NCBI GenBank assembly: GCA_008690995.1
Contig: VRMN01000018.1
Span: 235,892 to 255,891, forward strand
Reading direction: 5' to 3'
Source: Porphyridium purpureum
Taxonomy: Eukaryota
Length of the DNA: 20,000 nt
Below, piece by piece: positions 6,434 to 15,060 of the stretch. Within the stretch, counting starts at the first letter, position 1. Each line of letters starts with the position of its first letter. The translations under genes and the position numbers were made by a program. The notes beneath the pieces were generated by a model. The model saw only the letters and a list, made by a program, of their open reading frames with translations, was not told the DNA's origin and ran no database searches.

Positions 6434-9244
6434 TCACGCCTTGAGTCTCCCGCCTGCAAGTCTTTTCTTCATCGACTCAACCTTACTAAGCGGCTCTGCC
6501 GCGTACTGAGCCCGTCCGTCCTTCTCGGGCGTCACAAGCTCGGCGGCGGCATCCAGTGCTTCATTAACCGGCATGCTGGGTTTCTTGTCCACCGCAGCGG
6601 TTCCACCTGCCTGGTCACTCCTTCGCGTTCGCCGTTGTGGGGCGGGCTTGAGCGCGCGTGTTTGGCTCAGGCGAATGATGCGGTCTGCGAGCAGCGTCTG
6701 ATTGTAGTGCATTGCAAGCTTGTAGGCCACATCGATGCTCTTCGGCATGTTCAGTCGGGCGGCCAACTCTAGCGCGCGCGTGCCGCGGGCCGTCTGGCAC
6801 GCCTCTTCAATCAGTTTGAGCAGGCACTTGTCCACTTGCAGCTCAGCATCCGTAAGTTCGTCTCCAATGTCCAGGTAGGCTGGATGATCTTCACCAAACA
6901 CGCCCTTGGCGTACGTAAGGACGGACTGAGCCCGAGAGACGTCACCGCGCAGGCGCATCAGTTGGCTCGACAGGCGCGCCGTACCATCGATGCTAGGCGC
7001 TTCAAACCCAATTGTTGTGAGAAGCGGGCGAGTCAGAGCAGATGGATACCTTTCAATGCCATGGCACTTGACCCCGACCGCCAGCCCTTCTTGCTTGAAT
7101 GCGAGAGGCCAGAAGTAGTCTGCTTGAGCTAGCTTGGCGGCATTGTCGAGCAGAATGCGCCAGCGATAACCCAATGGGGCTTGCGACAACGCACATGCGC
7201 GGCCGAGATTGTCGTACAACACCAAGTCGGAGCGCATAATCTTGTCGGACAAGCTGCGCGGTGGCCCTCGTGTTTCAGCAAATCCTGCCCAAACCAAGAG
7301 CGACTCTGGGCTCGTCGAAACGGGGCCGTGGAATAGTTCGCCCGCGATGGTTTGGTATGCGTCGAGTTCGAGCACAACGACGCTGATCGCTGCATCCGGC
7401 GTGCAGTACACAACTGCCAGACGGTCATCCCGGGCTGTCAGGGTTACGGCAGGACCAGGTATTGGCATCGAGTCGGTCTGCACGCCAGTATGTGTGAATA
7501 CGCGAAGCATACGAGCACTCGACACACATGCGACAAAGTCGGAACTGATTGCTATTGCTTTGCTCTGCTCTGATTGCGGTAAGTTCACAGACCAGTCTGC
7601 CTTCTTGGACCACGATCCGAGCGCATGATAGAAAAGCACGCTCGGGTGCTCTGCTGTTTTGGTGCTCGCGAAGAACGCGCCTGCCGTGCCCAGACAGCCT
7701 TGGATGAATCCGTAGTGATCCTTGAATCGGACGCTCGGCTGATTTCCGTCTGCAAAGCTGATCTCAATGTTGTGGTGGATGCTTTCATCTTCACTCGTCA
7801 CCACTCCACGCAGGTTCCAGCACAGAATGCGGCGCTTGCCACGTAGTGGCGTCGAGCTCGGCATAAACGCGTCCGGCAGCGCCACTCTTCTTCGCGCGAC
7901 TCCTCCATGGCTCCGGCGGCGCTTCTTCAGCGCAGCACCATATGAAACGTTGTTTGCCATCGAGTGTTCCTGCTCGTCTTCATCTGAGCCCGACACATCT
8001 TCGCCTTCGTCGGTGTCTTCCTCTCCAAGACTTTCCCCAGCGTCCTCGTCCTCGTCCTCATCCCTTCCATTGTTCCGGTCGTCTTCACCGACACGCTTTT
8101 CTTCGTGCTCGTGCTTTGTTTTGCGCTTGGCTCGCTGCTCCTGCTCCGCCACCTCTTCATCTTTGAAGAGATCCTCAAGAGAAGCCTGATTTGCGCGTTC
8201 GGCCTGTTTCGCCGCTGAGCCTTCCACGGTCGCGTGCGGAGACACGAATTGCAGCGGAACAACTTCATCGAGTAGTCCGTACTGACCCATCTTGTCCATG
8301 ACGACACCGTGGTTGAACACGGGGTTCCACACCACACTCTGGATTCCAAATTCTGCGCGCCAGCGATCCAGCGGCTCACGCTTTGACACTTCCCACAGCA
8401 CCACAATACCTTCGTCGTCCGAACTGAGCAGGTACTGGGCATTTGAGCTCCACGACACGCTCAAGACGGTCGCATTCCTTGCATGACCTCCGCTAAGCGA
8501 AACCGCAAGCTTCTGAGTGCGTCGCGAAACTATCGAAAGGCCCGCAGTCGACCCGGCGGCTATCCAGTCTCCGCATGGCGACCATTCCGCACAGCGCGCC
8601 ATTCCCGGCCCAAAGTCGAGATCGTTCATGTAGCAGTCGGCATCGATGCCCCACAGACTGAGCGCGCCGTGTCGTGCTCCTACAGACAGTACAAAGTCGC
8701 CCTGCGGGTCGTAGGCCAGCTGCTTAATGGCATCGCCGCCCTTGTGCGGATTGGATGAGCGCAAAATGGACATTTGCGACGGATTGGCTGTGCTTACAAG
8801 TTTGATAACGCCCGGCTCATCTCCCGCACAAGCCAGCAGGCCGCCGCTAGGCGCGAAGGCTAACGCACGCACGGGTGCTTGGAATCGCGTGACGATGCCT
8901 TGAAAATCAATACTTCCACTGGTGTGCCAACCGACGTCCTTCTTCGGCTTGAACAAGCGGACGTTTGCGTCATCATCACCTGTCGCCAGAAACGAGCCGG
9001 AAGGCGTCATCGCAAGCACTGACACGCCCACATCTGCCTTGTGGTACTGACAAACATCCGGCAGCAGCTCGCGTTTCTTCTCCTGAAGGGTGGCATGATC
9101 CGACGCGCCCAGCTCTTCCAAACTGATCGCACACACCGTTCCATCTGCGCCACTCGTCAGCACCACAGTCCCAGACCCATGCACCACAACCCCGCACTTT
9201 CCGGAGCCATGCCCACTTTTCAACTTGATCCTTCGGCCAACCAT
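6434..9244 (-). CDS. WDHD1: CTF4/AND-1/Mcl1 replisome hub protein (WD40 + SepB propeller + helical domain)
   Basis: N-terminal WD40 repeats (LATGDDDANVRLF, VTRFQAPVRALAF, SVSWSSNAQYLLSSDDEGIVVLW); acidic linker with an NLS-like KKRRR; AFMPSSTP..KRRILCWNLRGVV SepB signature; RMLRVFTHTGVQ; C-terminal DKCLLKLIEEAC..RALELA..LADRI. No HMG box is evident. Confidence 0.93.
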   Translation of the reverse strand: MVGRRIKLKSGHGSGKCGVVVHGSGTVVLTSGADGTVCAISLEELGASDHATLQEKKRELLPDVCQYHKADVGVSVLAMTPSGSFLATGDDDANVRLFKPKKDVGWHTSGSIDFQGIVTRFQAPVRALAFAPSGGLLACAGDEPGVIKLVSTANPSQMSILRSSNPHKGGDAIKQLAYDPQGDFVLSVGARHGALSLWGIDADCYMNDLDFGPGMARCAEWSPCGDWIAAGSTAGLSIVSRRTQKLAVSLSGGHARNATVLSVSWSSNAQYLLSSDDEGIVVLWEVSKREPLDRWRAEFGIQSVVWNPVFNHGVVMDKMGQYGLLDEVVPLQFVSPHATVEGSAAKQAERANQASLEDLFKDEEVAEQEQRAKRKTKHEHEEKRVGEDDRNNGRDEDEDEDAGESLGEEDTDEGEDVSGSDEDEQEHSMANNVSYGAALKKRRRSHGGVARRRVALPDAFMPSSTPLRGKRRILCWNLRGVVTSEDESIHHNIEISFADGNQPSVRFKDHYGFIQGCLGTAGAFFASTKTAEHPSVLFYHALGSWSKKADWSVNLPQSEQSKAIAISSDFVACVSSARMLRVFTHTGVQTDSMPIPGPAVTLTARDDRLAVVYCTPDAAISVVVLELDAYQTIAGELFHGPVSTSPESLLVWAGFAETRGPPRSLSDKIMRSDLVLYDNLGRACALSQAPLGYRWRILLDNAAKLAQADYFWPLAFKQEGLAVGVKCHGIERYPSALTRPLLTTIGFEAPSIDGTARLSSQLMRLRGDVSRAQSVLTYAKGVFGEDHPAYLDIGDELTDAELQVDKCLLKLIEEACQTARGTRALELAARLNMPKSIDVAYKLAMHYNQTLLADRIIRLSQTRALKPAPQRRTRRSDQAGGTAAVDKKPSMPVNEALDAAAELVTPEKDGRAQYAAEPLSKVESMKKRLAGGRLKA

Positions 9245-9557
9245 CGTTCACGCCAGCCTGTCTTCAAGTCTTCGTGTCCTCGTGTCCTGTTGTCCTCGTG
9301 TCTTCTTGTTTTTTCCCCGTGTCCGCGGGACCGAACAAATGACCCTCGAAACTGCTCAGACCGAATCCTCTCTCGCTCTACTCTTGACCACACCAGAAGT
9401 CTCTTTCTGTCTGTCTCTGTTTCAAGCTGCGTCTGCTCTGCTCCGTGCCGCCACAACCGCGTCGTGCTCGCCGCTCGCCTTCCTCCTCCACCGTCTCGCG
9501 CCCAACATGCACACACACACGCACACCTGCCTCAGGTTCTCCGCACAACCTTTTCCA

Positions 9558-9586
9558 TTTCGCGCGCCGTTTTCGTTCGCGCCAAA
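9558..9586. promoter_or_regulatory. Two E2F-consensus sites (TTTSSCGC) in the CTF4/eIF3d divergent promoter
   Basis: TTTCGCGC at 9558-9565 (+) and TTTGGCGC on the - strand at 9579-9586, about 315-340 bp upstream of the CTF4 ATG. Confidence 0.55.
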
Positions 9587-9769
9587 AAATGGAAAACGGC
9601 GCGGCGGCGCAAACCGAACCGGAAAGTACAGTGCAATGGTGTACCTCTGTTTAGCGCCCCAGTTTATGAAGATGCGTATATCATGCGGCATTGTTTATGT
9701 ACAGTGAGATACTGTACCTGAGGGGTTGAAGCCGAAGTGCGCGCGACGGCGGACGTGTGCGGGGGTATG

Positions 9770-9790
9770 AGACAGAGAGAGAGAGAGAGG
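9770..9790 (+). repeat. (GA)n microsatellite in the purine-rich eIF3d leader
   Basis: gagacagagagagagagagag, upstream of ATG 9844. Confidence 0.8.
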
Positions 9791-9843
9791 AAGGGGAGGA
9801 AGGAGGGAAGGCAGAGAGTGAGGAAGGTGGTGAGGCAGAAAGG

Positions 9844-11547
9844 ATGGAGTTCAAGACGCCTGTGATTCATGACAACCCGCAAGGGTTTGGTCCGCCGCTG
9901 GACCTCTACCCAGACCGTTTCGTGAGCATGCCGTACGCGCCGTTCAGCAAGTCGGATCGGCTCGGGCGTGCTGCCGATTGGTTCTCGACGCAGGGCGCTC
10001 GGTATCCGTACCAGTCTGGCGGAGGGGAGGCGGGCGATGAGGTCGGAGATGATGGCGGGTCGTTCACCACTGTGGATCAGCGCGTGGTGTCCTCGCAGCA
10101 GGATCGCCGCTTTGGGGGCGCGCGAGGAGGCAAGTTTGGTCCGGCCACGGGCGGGCGTGTCGCGCAGTTCTCGTCGAATCGCAAGCTTATGGACGAGCGC
10201 GGAGAAATGCAGAATCGGCGCGGGGATGGTAGAAATCGCGGCGGCTTTCGCGGCGGCTTCCGCGGCGGTGGGTATCGCGGCGGCTTCCGTGGCGGGTGGC
10301 GTGATGGCGGGCGCTGGGAGGATCGGCTGCCGCAGAATATGAAGGAAGCGTCCGTGACCGTGGGCGACGACTGGGAGTTCGTGGCTGAAATATCCTATAC
10401 AATGCTTTCCAAGGCCAGGTACGAAAAGGTGGTGGAAGGAAAGGATTTGCTGAGCATGGGCAAGGTCAACTACTACGACAAGAACATCGACCGTGTGAAC
10501 ACACGCGCCCCAAGGATGGTTGAAAAGTTCCCGGATCGTGAATTCCACTACGTGACCACGACAGATGACCCCATCATTCGAAAGCTGGCCAGCCAGGGGG
10601 AGGGAAATATTTTCGCCACGAGCTCGATTATCTCTCTTCTCATGACTGCGCCGCGATCCTCGTTCAGCTGGGACATCGTCGTGCAGCGCGTTGGAGACAA
10701 GCTGTTCTTTGACAAGCGCGAGGGCTCGATGATTGACTTTTTGACCGTGGGAGAGAATAACATGGAGCTGCTCATGGACGAGCGCAACGTGTCGCCCACG
10801 TCGATGAACAACCCGCGCGCAATGTCGCTCGAGGCCACCGCACTCAATCAGAACTTTTCTCAGAGCGTGCTGCGCAAGGACGGCGCATGCGTTGCGTTTC
10901 CAGATGGGCCGGACCCGCTGCGGGAAGACGAGGAAGGCCAGGAACAGGGCAGCAGTCATGCAGCAAACATCGGTTACAAATACAGAAAGTGGGAGTTCCC
11001 GGACAACATGAATGTCGTCGTGCGCTGCGAAGTCGACGCAGCGCTAGAAGGTACTGACCGGCCGCTGATGGTGAGCGTCAAGTCGCTCTGCGAGCATCCG
11101 GACAGCAAGTCGCAGTGGCGCACCAAGCTGGATGCCCAGCGCGGCGCGATCTTTGCAACGGAAATTAAGAACAATGCTGGCAAGCTCGCGCGCTTCACGG
11201 CGGGCGCGCTGCTGGCAGATGTGGATCAGATCAAGTTTGGATTTTGCACCCGAGCCAATCCAAAGGTCAACACGTCGCACCAGCTCTTGTCTACACAGAC
11301 GTACAAGCCGCGCGAATTTGCGGCCCAGATTGCGCTGACACCTGCCAACATGTGGGGCGTCTTTATTCACATGGTACGTCTCTGCTACCGTTACATGGAG
11401 CCTGCGAGCAAGGCGGTCATTCTCAAAGACCCCAACGAGCCAATCGTCCGCATGTACCGTGTGCCTGAGGACGCATTCGACGAAGAATCAGATGACGAAG
11501 AAGAGCAGGGCGAGGGGCACGCATCACGGGGCGTTGATGAAGAGTAG
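9844..11547 (+). CDS. EIF3D: Eukaryotic translation initiation factor 3 subunit D
   Basis: MEFKTPVIHDNPQGFGP, MPYAPFSKSDRLGRAADW, VTTTDDPIIRKL, PRSSFSWDIVVQRVGDKLFFDKR, QWRTKLDAQRGAIFATEIKNN, ILKDPNEPIVRMYRVP and an acidic tail are all eIF3d hallmarks. Confidence 0.97.
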   Translation: MEFKTPVIHDNPQGFGPPLDLYPDRFVSMPYAPFSKSDRLGRAADWFSTQGARYPYQSGGGEAGDEVGDDGGSFTTVDQRVVSSQQDRRFGGARGGKFGPATGGRVAQFSSNRKLMDERGEMQNRRGDGRNRGGFRGGFRGGGYRGGFRGGWRDGGRWEDRLPQNMKEASVTVGDDWEFVAEISYTMLSKARYEKVVEGKDLLSMGKVNYYDKNIDRVNTRAPRMVEKFPDREFHYVTTTDDPIIRKLASQGEGNIFATSSIISLLMTAPRSSFSWDIVVQRVGDKLFFDKREGSMIDFLTVGENNMELLMDERNVSPTSMNNPRAMSLEATALNQNFSQSVLRKDGACVAFPDGPDPLREDEEGQEQGSSHAANIGYKYRKWEFPDNMNVVVRCEVDAALEGTDRPLMVSVKSLCEHPDSKSQWRTKLDAQRGAIFATEIKNNAGKLARFTAGALLADVDQIKFGFCTRANPKVNTSHQLLSTQTYKPREFAAQIALTPANMWGVFIHMVRLCYRYMEPASKAVILKDPNEPIVRMYRVPEDAFDEESDDEEEQGEGHASRGVDEE

Positions 11548-11883
11548 GGCCCAAATTGTGGTGAGACGCAAATTTATCATAAAGCAAATGAATATACACG
11601 TTAAATGCTCTTACCCCTGAATCTCAGGACAAGTGGAAGTGGCCATCGGACTGCCCCGCTTCCTTGCCTGTGTGCGGTTTGATTGTGCACTCCTGCACTA
11701 TAGCGCTGAACCCAAGCATGCTCTAATTTCCGAGCATGCTCGCGAATGACATCCCACGTTAGCGTTAAAGTCTCAAAAGTTTTAGAAGGTGGACACAACA
11801 AGTCCAACCCGTTGGTACTTGCTCCTCCCCGTGCTGTCCCGCGGGGCCGAAATTCTGCAAGGTGCAGTGGCCGTTCCGAATAA

Positions 11884-13827
11884 TTACGTGCACGGCTCTA
11901 GCGCTAGCATAGACTTACCGCATGTGGTGCAAAGAAGCTTCTTGTTCCTGATGCTCATGTCGACGAGCGCATGCCTAACATCCGCGAGCGCAAAAAGTAC
12001 GCGTGAAATCGACGGGTGGAGAACGTCCATCAGGCGGCGCGACTTGAGCAAGGCGACCTCGACATGCTTTTTCCACAGCTCCACAATACCTTTCCACGAC
12101 CTCGGCACAAAGCGCGGTTCAGCCACAAACGGCCCCTCAAAGTCGTGCGTGCGGTACGTGAAGCAACCAGCGGCTTGAAGATCTGGCTTGCCGCAGCATC
12201 CCCACCGACCTCCCCGCAATGACTGTTCATCCTCGATCACAAAGGATTCCACAGCCATGTGCACCACGCAGGGGCCGTCTGTACTGCCAAACTCGTCAAC
12301 AAAGCCACAACGAAGACACCGCCTCGCGCCGATCGAGCAGCTCTCCCTTTCTGCGCATTTCCAGAGTTCAGATTGCCCGCAGCAGCTAAACGCTTCGTCT
12401 GGATACTTTTCCACTGCTCCAGTGTCTGACAGAATGAGGCGAGTAAAAGCAATGTTGATACCCTCGTGAAAATGGCAGCTCCGCTGTCGCCGCAATCCCA
12501 CGACCTCATGGGATCCATCTGGTAAGTTTGTCACGCGGACCAGGCCTTTGCACCTGGCACAAGCAAGCTTTGCCTCAGATTCCATCTCTCGAAACAAGGC
12601 CCGGAATAGGTCCGTAATACGCATCTTCACTGGAAAGCCGGTATCGCGAACTGCGCTCCCTTGGATCAGCGTCAGATAACCCATGATCTTGTCCACCATT
12701 TTCATTACATCCAGCAGAGTCTGCGTGCCAATTTGATCTGCTTCAACGCGTTGCTGCGTTGGTATGTATGATGGCGGTATGTCATCAGCAAAGGTATGGC
12801 TCCTGCTGCTCTGTCCAGCCCGCACAGCATATTCCCCTTCGGACACGCGTTCTGGTGTGGCGGTTCCCGGTCGCCCTGATTCCAGGGGGTCATCAAATGG
12901 TTCCGGTGCATGTGAATACGGCATCGGCTCACGAAATCTTTGGCCCGAGGAGTGCATTTCCCTCTCTGCTCTTTGCTCGAAGAACTCAGCATCCACATCG
13001 TGCTCCCCAGGCACCCACATTCCAGTGCCATGGCTTCTACGCGTCGCATGCGTAAATGGACCGTACGCGTTCTCGTAGCCCGGAAGCACGCCACTTACGA
13101 AAGCTCGAGCATTCCCGTTTGACTCGCGGTCGGCTGTCTCGCTTTCGTGGTACTCGGGGCGGTACTCGGGGCGGTACTCGGGGTGGTACCCGGGGCGGTA
13201 CTCAGTGTGGTACTCGGTGGGAGCCGAAAGAGCTTCATCTGGGTGCATGTAGCGCATTTGGTCACGACTGAAACCCCCATCCCAGGCCTGGGAGGAGCCA
13301 CGACTCGTTTCAGCGTCGTAATGCCGTGCATTCTCATGCGCCCGCGCTTGATAAGGATATCTGCGAATCCGGCCTCCTCCAAGGATTCCGGTGGGCGTAT
13401 GTGACTCATCGTGCCGCCCGACCGACGGCCCACACAGCGGGACCGCAGCAGAAGATCTCGAGGTCACATGATAGTCGCGAGCGCCACGGTGATCTAGCAG
13501 ATCATAATTGTCTGTGGAGCTGAATTCTGCTCGTTCATTCCAATCATCATACCGCTGCATCACTCGTGCACTCTCGTCAGGCACACGAAACGGCCTTGTC
13601 CGAGCCCGCCAAGACTCCCGCTGCAGTTCGGGCCCGGCAAGATACTCAGTTTCCCTGCTTCTGTCTGGATAATTCCGCACCCTTTTGTCGCCGCTGGTGT
13701 GGCCAGCTTGCCCCACTTGGAAGGCCTCACCCGCTCGCGCATGGTGGCTGACCGGACGCGGTTCTCGCCTGTCACGTACAATGGCTCCACGAAGCGGACC
13801 GTGGCCGCGGTAAGGGCCGGATTGCAT
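11884..13827 (-). CDS. Hypothetical protein (~647 aa): long low-complexity N-terminus and C-terminal tandem Cys/His (CHORD/Btk-like) zinc-binding units
   Basis: Long uninterrupted ORF. ATG 13827 is the first start that does not overlap the YchJ gene, but the start is uncertain. Two C-x2-C..C-x2-H..CC..C-x5-[C/H] units lie at 12145-12561. Confidence 0.7.
   Translation of the reverse strand: MQSGPYRGHGPLRGAIVRDRREPRPVSHHARAGEAFQVGQAGHTSGDKRVRNYPDRSRETEYLAGPELQRESWRARTRPFRVPDESARVMQRYDDWNERAEFSSTDNYDLLDHRGARDYHVTSRSSAAVPLCGPSVGRHDESHTPTGILGGGRIRRYPYQARAHENARHYDAETSRGSSQAWDGGFSRDQMRYMHPDEALSAPTEYHTEYRPGYHPEYRPEYRPEYHESETADRESNGNARAFVSGVLPGYENAYGPFTHATRRSHGTGMWVPGEHDVDAEFFEQRAEREMHSSGQRFREPMPYSHAPEPFDDPLESGRPGTATPERVSEGEYAVRAGQSSRSHTFADDIPPSYIPTQQRVEADQIGTQTLLDVMKMVDKIMGYLTLIQGSAVRDTGFPVKMRITDLFRALFREMESEAKLACARCKGLVRVTNLPDGSHEVVGLRRQRSCHFHEGINIAFTRLILSDTGAVEKYPDEAFSCCGQSELWKCAERESCSIGARRCLRCGFVDEFGSTDGPCVVHMAVESFVIEDEQSLRGGRWGCCGKPDLQAAGCFTYRTHDFEGPFVAEPRFVPRSWKGIVELWKKHVEVALLKSRRLMDVLHPSISRVLFALADVRHALVDMSIRNKKLLCTTCGKSMLALEPCT
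13149..13220. repeat. Coding minisatellite, 6 x 12 bp (GGTACTCGGGGC consensus)
   Basis: Units: ggtactcggggc x2, ggtactcggggt, ggtacccggggc, ggtactcagtgt, ggtactcggtgg. Encodes PTEYHTEYRPGYHPEYRPEYRPEY on the - strand. Confidence 0.9.
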
Positions 13828-13946
13828 TCTCTGTTTCACCAACCCACGAATCCACTTCAGTGGGTTGTCGTTAACACCTAAACTGCCTTGCCGAAACGAA
13901 TTCGACGAGTGTGCCGGGCTCTTGAACGTCCGAGTAGGAGCATAAG

Positions 13947-14555
13947 ATGGCTCGGCACACAGCAGCTCTGGCCTTCTCTGTATTGTGGGCGCCGCACTCG
14001 GGCAGGCCATTAGCGCTTGGAAAGGCGGCTGTTGCGCGGAATATCGCCCAATCGCGGCCACGGCGTGCGCCTCTGAGCCTGAGCAGGCCAAGGCGGAGCG
14101 ACATCGTCGTGGGCGCGGCAAAAGGGTTTGGTGCGCCGCGAGTAAAGAACGTGTCTGTGGTGACGTGCCCATGTGGCGGGCCGCTCTACGCTGAATGTTG
14201 CGGGCGACTGCACACCGCGACTTCGCTGGCGGATTTGAGCGCGTTTGGTGCGGAGGAGATCATGCGCGCGCGTTATGCGGCTTTTGCGCTGGGTCTTCCG
14301 GACTTCATCATTCTCACGACGCACCCGGAAAACATATTTTTCCAAGCGGACATGAGCACGTGGAGGCGCGAGCTTAAGAGCTACCTCAAGAAAGTGCAGT
14401 ACACGGCGCTCGAGGTCTTGAACGTGACGGCCGACGCCGAAGAACCTGTGGTGCATTTTCGAGCGCACTCCAGCGAAGGCGTCCTGGAGGAGAAGAGCAA
14501 ATTCATGCGACACGACGGCGCATGGCTCTACAAAAGCGGTGAGCTTAAAGTTTAA
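13947..14555 (+). CDS. SEC-C motif / YchJ (UPF0225)-like protein, probably plastid-targeted
   Basis: Transit-peptide-like MARHTAALAFSV... Arg/Ser/Pro-rich leader ending near AAKGFG; SEC-C motif CPCGGPLYAECCGRLH; YchJ-type AEEIMRARYAAF, TTHP and EKSKFMRHDGAWLYKSG. Confidence 0.85.
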   Translation: MARHTAALAFSVLWAPHSGRPLALGKAAVARNIAQSRPRRAPLSLSRPRRSDIVVGAAKGFGAPRVKNVSVVTCPCGGPLYAECCGRLHTATSLADLSAFGAEEIMRARYAAFALGLPDFIILTTHPENIFFQADMSTWRRELKSYLKKVQYTALEVLNVTADAEEPVVHFRAHSSEGVLEEKSKFMRHDGAWLYKSGELKV

Positions 14556-14604
14556 ATGGACTGTCATTTAGTCTCTATCTTCATCATCTATCTTTCCTCC
14601 TTTT

Positions 14605-14850
14605 TCAAGCGCTGGCGCTGACCTGCGCACGCACTGACTTGTCTGGTGAAACCTGCTCAAACTCGTCCTGGTCATAGATGACACGAATGGTCAACGAGCA
14701 GCTCGGGCAGGTTCCAATTTCCTCTCCCGCACGGAGCTCGTCCTTTGTGATTCGAAACACGTCGCCGCATGGACACGGGTAGGTGAACGCATTCAGTGCG
14801 TCGTCCCATTCCATGTCCTCGATTTCCACCTCATCATACACCGTCGCCAT
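14605..14850 (-). CDS. DPH3: Diphthamide biosynthesis protein 3 (Kti11), CSL zinc finger, 81 aa
   Basis: [13 protein letters not shown]...[37 protein letters not shown] is the canonical DPH3/KTI11 pattern. ATG at 14850. Confidence 0.96.
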   Translation of the reverse strand: MATVYDEVEIEDMEWDDALNAFTYPCPCGDVFRITKDELRAGEEIGTCPSCSLTIRVIYDQDEFEQVSPDKSVRAQVSASA

Positions 14851-15060
14851 CCTGCTGCTCCCTCCAGCCGCGCCGCGTCCTTCCCCCGCATTCACTTGCC
14901 GCGCTGCACAACACGCGTCGCGCCGACAACCAGAACAAAGAAGGCGCGACTTTCTGCGAGAAATACCTTGCTCGGATATGTACAGTGATGAGGTACAGTC
15001 CGTGCGGATCCATCGTTGCATTTTTTATTTTTTGTTTTGGTCTTTGGTGTTCGATGTTTC

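Noticed and set aside
9041..9721. 226-aa and 160-aa plus-strand ORFs across the CTF4/eIF3d gap
   Set aside because: Non-ATG starts and pyrimidine-rich low-complexity sequence lacking stops; they overlap the CTF4 start and promoter.
9664..10959. 431-aa minus-strand ORF
   Set aside because: Antisense shadow of the highly conserved eIF3d CDS in GC-rich DNA, with no recognisable motifs.
13149..13220. Repeat array as CRISPR-like
   Set aside because: Contiguous 12-bp units with no spacers, in frame inside a eukaryotic CDS, and no cas genes.
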